Assembly: GCA_030770535.1 (NCBI GenBank)
Contig: JASVEC010000011.1
Span: 1,240,001 to 1,304,000, forward strand
DNA: 64,000 nt
DNA from: Batkoa obscura
Lineage: Eukaryota
Direction of reading: 5' to 3'
The position numbers and the translations under genes are program-made. The stretch's first letter is position 1. The number at the start of each line of letters is the position of its first letter. The notes below the pieces were generated by a model. The model was given only the letters and a program-made list of their open reading frames with translations, had not been told where the DNA came from and did no database searches. Of this stretch, positions 62,483 through 64,000 are shown in pieces.

Positions 62483-64000
62483 CTACACCTGGTGCTTTAA
62501 AAATTCTTGGATCACTCGAATAAGTTTTAAATTAAGTTGGGAGATAAGAGCTGTAGAAAGGAACTTATTCAAGCTTTCTAGATACTTGATCCCTTTTTTT
62601 ACACTTTCATTTTTAAGTTTGAGATTCTTCTCATGTCTCAGAATAAATATTAAGCAGATTGAAACTTGTGAGCAACTGAATGTAAGTGTATAACTAAAAT
62701 TAAGAGATATAGAAAGGTTGATTATGGAATAGCATTCATTCAAACTAAGCTTGACGTAATCTGGGCCTTGGTAATGATTGTTATCAGCATGCTGATGCTC
62801 AACTTGATGTCTGTATTTTGAGTGAGACAGCTGGAAAGAAAATAGAAAAAAGTGAACTAGATGGAAAAAGAATAAGATGCAATATTGGAGTTGTTTAATC
62901 TTGTTTATTATTTCTTCGTTATGTATAAATATAATTAAATCATCGTACCATCCAAAATATTCATCTTTAACCATCGTCATTTTTTTTGATAGTTGGTATG
63001 AGTATATTTCAAAATTTAAGAATTTAGTCTCTGTTGAGGTGCCCTCTTTAAATAATCGTAAATGATGAAAGATTTTACTCAGCTCAAAATAGAATTCCAT
63101 TAATTTTAAAAAACAATAGCAGTTAACTTGTTCATGGTTTTTATAAAACATATCATCTGGTTGCATCGTTTTTTCATCAAAATTGCTACTTAACTTAAAC
63201 AATACCTCTGGCCTATTAATTTCTCCGACATAAGATCCAAACCTTGTCAAAATTCCGTTATAATAAGCATGTAAAATACAATAAGTAACTGCTCTTTCCT
63301 TCCTTAATGCTTTGCTTATTGATTTAGGTGCTTGGTTCAACTGCAAGATAAAGCTACTTCTATAGCAATGTGCTAATAGAATTTCCTTAACACTAATAAC
63401 CCAAGGAAAAAAACTAAGACTGGTGATAGCAATAAGGACTACTTGAATCATAGTCAAATTTGATTTTATTCGATGTACTTTGGATAATAGCGCAAACAAT
63501 TTAACTTCAAAAAAACTCATTAAAGCTTTGATTTCAGCTGTTTGTTCCATCCAACTTAATCCACAAACCAAAATAGTTATCTGCAAACTTTGACTTTTTG
63601 TTGTGAATTGAAATTCAGTTTCGTCAAATAAAGGTAGTATCTTATTATTATATATAAAATAGTTATCAAAGGCTTGCTTTAATATATTATTAACATTAGT
63701 TGGTATTGTTGAAGGTAATTTTGGTTTGATTAATTCTTTTTTTGGTTTTAGTATAAGTAAGTCTAGTTTCTGAGTAAGCGTTAAAAATAGTGATATACCC
63801 TGGTTAGGAACAAATGGGGATGGGTTTTGAATCAAATTGGTCAAGTTTTCCAACGCACTTTTTCTTGGGAACTTATGAAAAATACTTAATACTGAATATG
63901 AATACCCATAATCTTTAGGTGACTTTGAAATAGTTGTTTTAGTCACTAATGAAAACTGGTGATTGTTATCCACACTATTTATCCTTCTTTTATTTATTGT
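62483..64000 (-). CDS. Transcription factor paralogue B, 5' end beyond window
   Basis: Frame open to window edge (TINKRRINSVDNNHQF..); N-terminal part differs from A upstream of 63917; the GTG start in the ORF track is probably not the true start. Confidence 0.82.
   Translation of the reverse strand, partial: TINKRRINSVDNNHQFSLVTKTTISKSPKDYGYSYSVLSIFHKFPRKSALENLTNLIQNPSPFVPNQGISLFLTLTQKLDLLILKPKKELIKPKLPSTIPTNVNNILKQAFDNYFIYNNKILPLFDETEFQFTTKSQSLQITILVCGLSWMEQTAEIKALMSFFEVKLFALLSKVHRIKSNLTMIQVVLIAITSLSFFPWVISVKEILLAHCYRSSFILQLNQAPKSISKALRKERAVTYCILHAYYNGILTRFGSYVGEINRPEVLFKLSSNFDEKTMQPDDMFYKNHEQVNCYCFLKLMEFYFELSKIFHHLRLFKEGTSTETKFLNFEIYSYQLSKKMTMVKDEYFGWYDDLIIFIHNEEIINKIKQLQYCILFFFHLVHFFLFSFQLSHSKYRHQVEHQHADNNHYQGPDYVKLSLNECYSIINLSISLNFSYTLTFSCSQVSICLIFILRHEKNLKLKNESVKKGIKYLESLNKFLSTALISQLNLKLIRVIQEFLKHQV

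Larger units (their letters stand above)
52680..63916. repeat. Perfect tandem array, period 3540 bp (~3.17 units)
   Basis: Lines offset by 3540 read identically (e.g. 52681/56221/59761/63301); first mismatches at 52679 and 63917. Confidence 0.95.

Overview
Very AT-rich eukaryotic (fungal) genomic DNA with short GT-AG introns (~45-70 nt) and the standard genetic code. Zn2Cys6 factors, alpha-aminoadipate-pathway saccharopine reductase, a Rua1_C-type protein and Pns1 indicate a fungus. An early-diverging lineage (e.g. Entomophthoromycotina-like) is an inference from composition and divergence only. Housekeeping genes: Srk1/Rck2-type kinase, Doa1/PLAA, Rqc2/NEMF, RPS7, an MFS permease, Yippee/Moh1, CCP1, LYS9, PNS1, three identical tRNA-Thr(AGU) and one tRNA-Asn(GUU). 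The intergenic space is full of accessory structure. (1) About 20 copies of a ~101-bp TA-flanked MITE; removing one copy restores the frame of a decayed transcription-factor gene. (2) A solo-LTR-like element nested in inverted orientation inside a sister copy (4-bp TSD) within a 7.5-kb hyper-AT island. (3) Two decayed tRNA-derived, SINE-like heads. (4) A secreted protein made of three tandem 6-Cys domains. (5) An intronless Zn2Cys6 factor family, present as a pseudogene, a zinc-cluster-only mini-gene and a perfect 3540-bp tandem array whose internal copies are chimeras of two diverged paralogues. No CRISPR, rRNA or autonomous transposase was seen.
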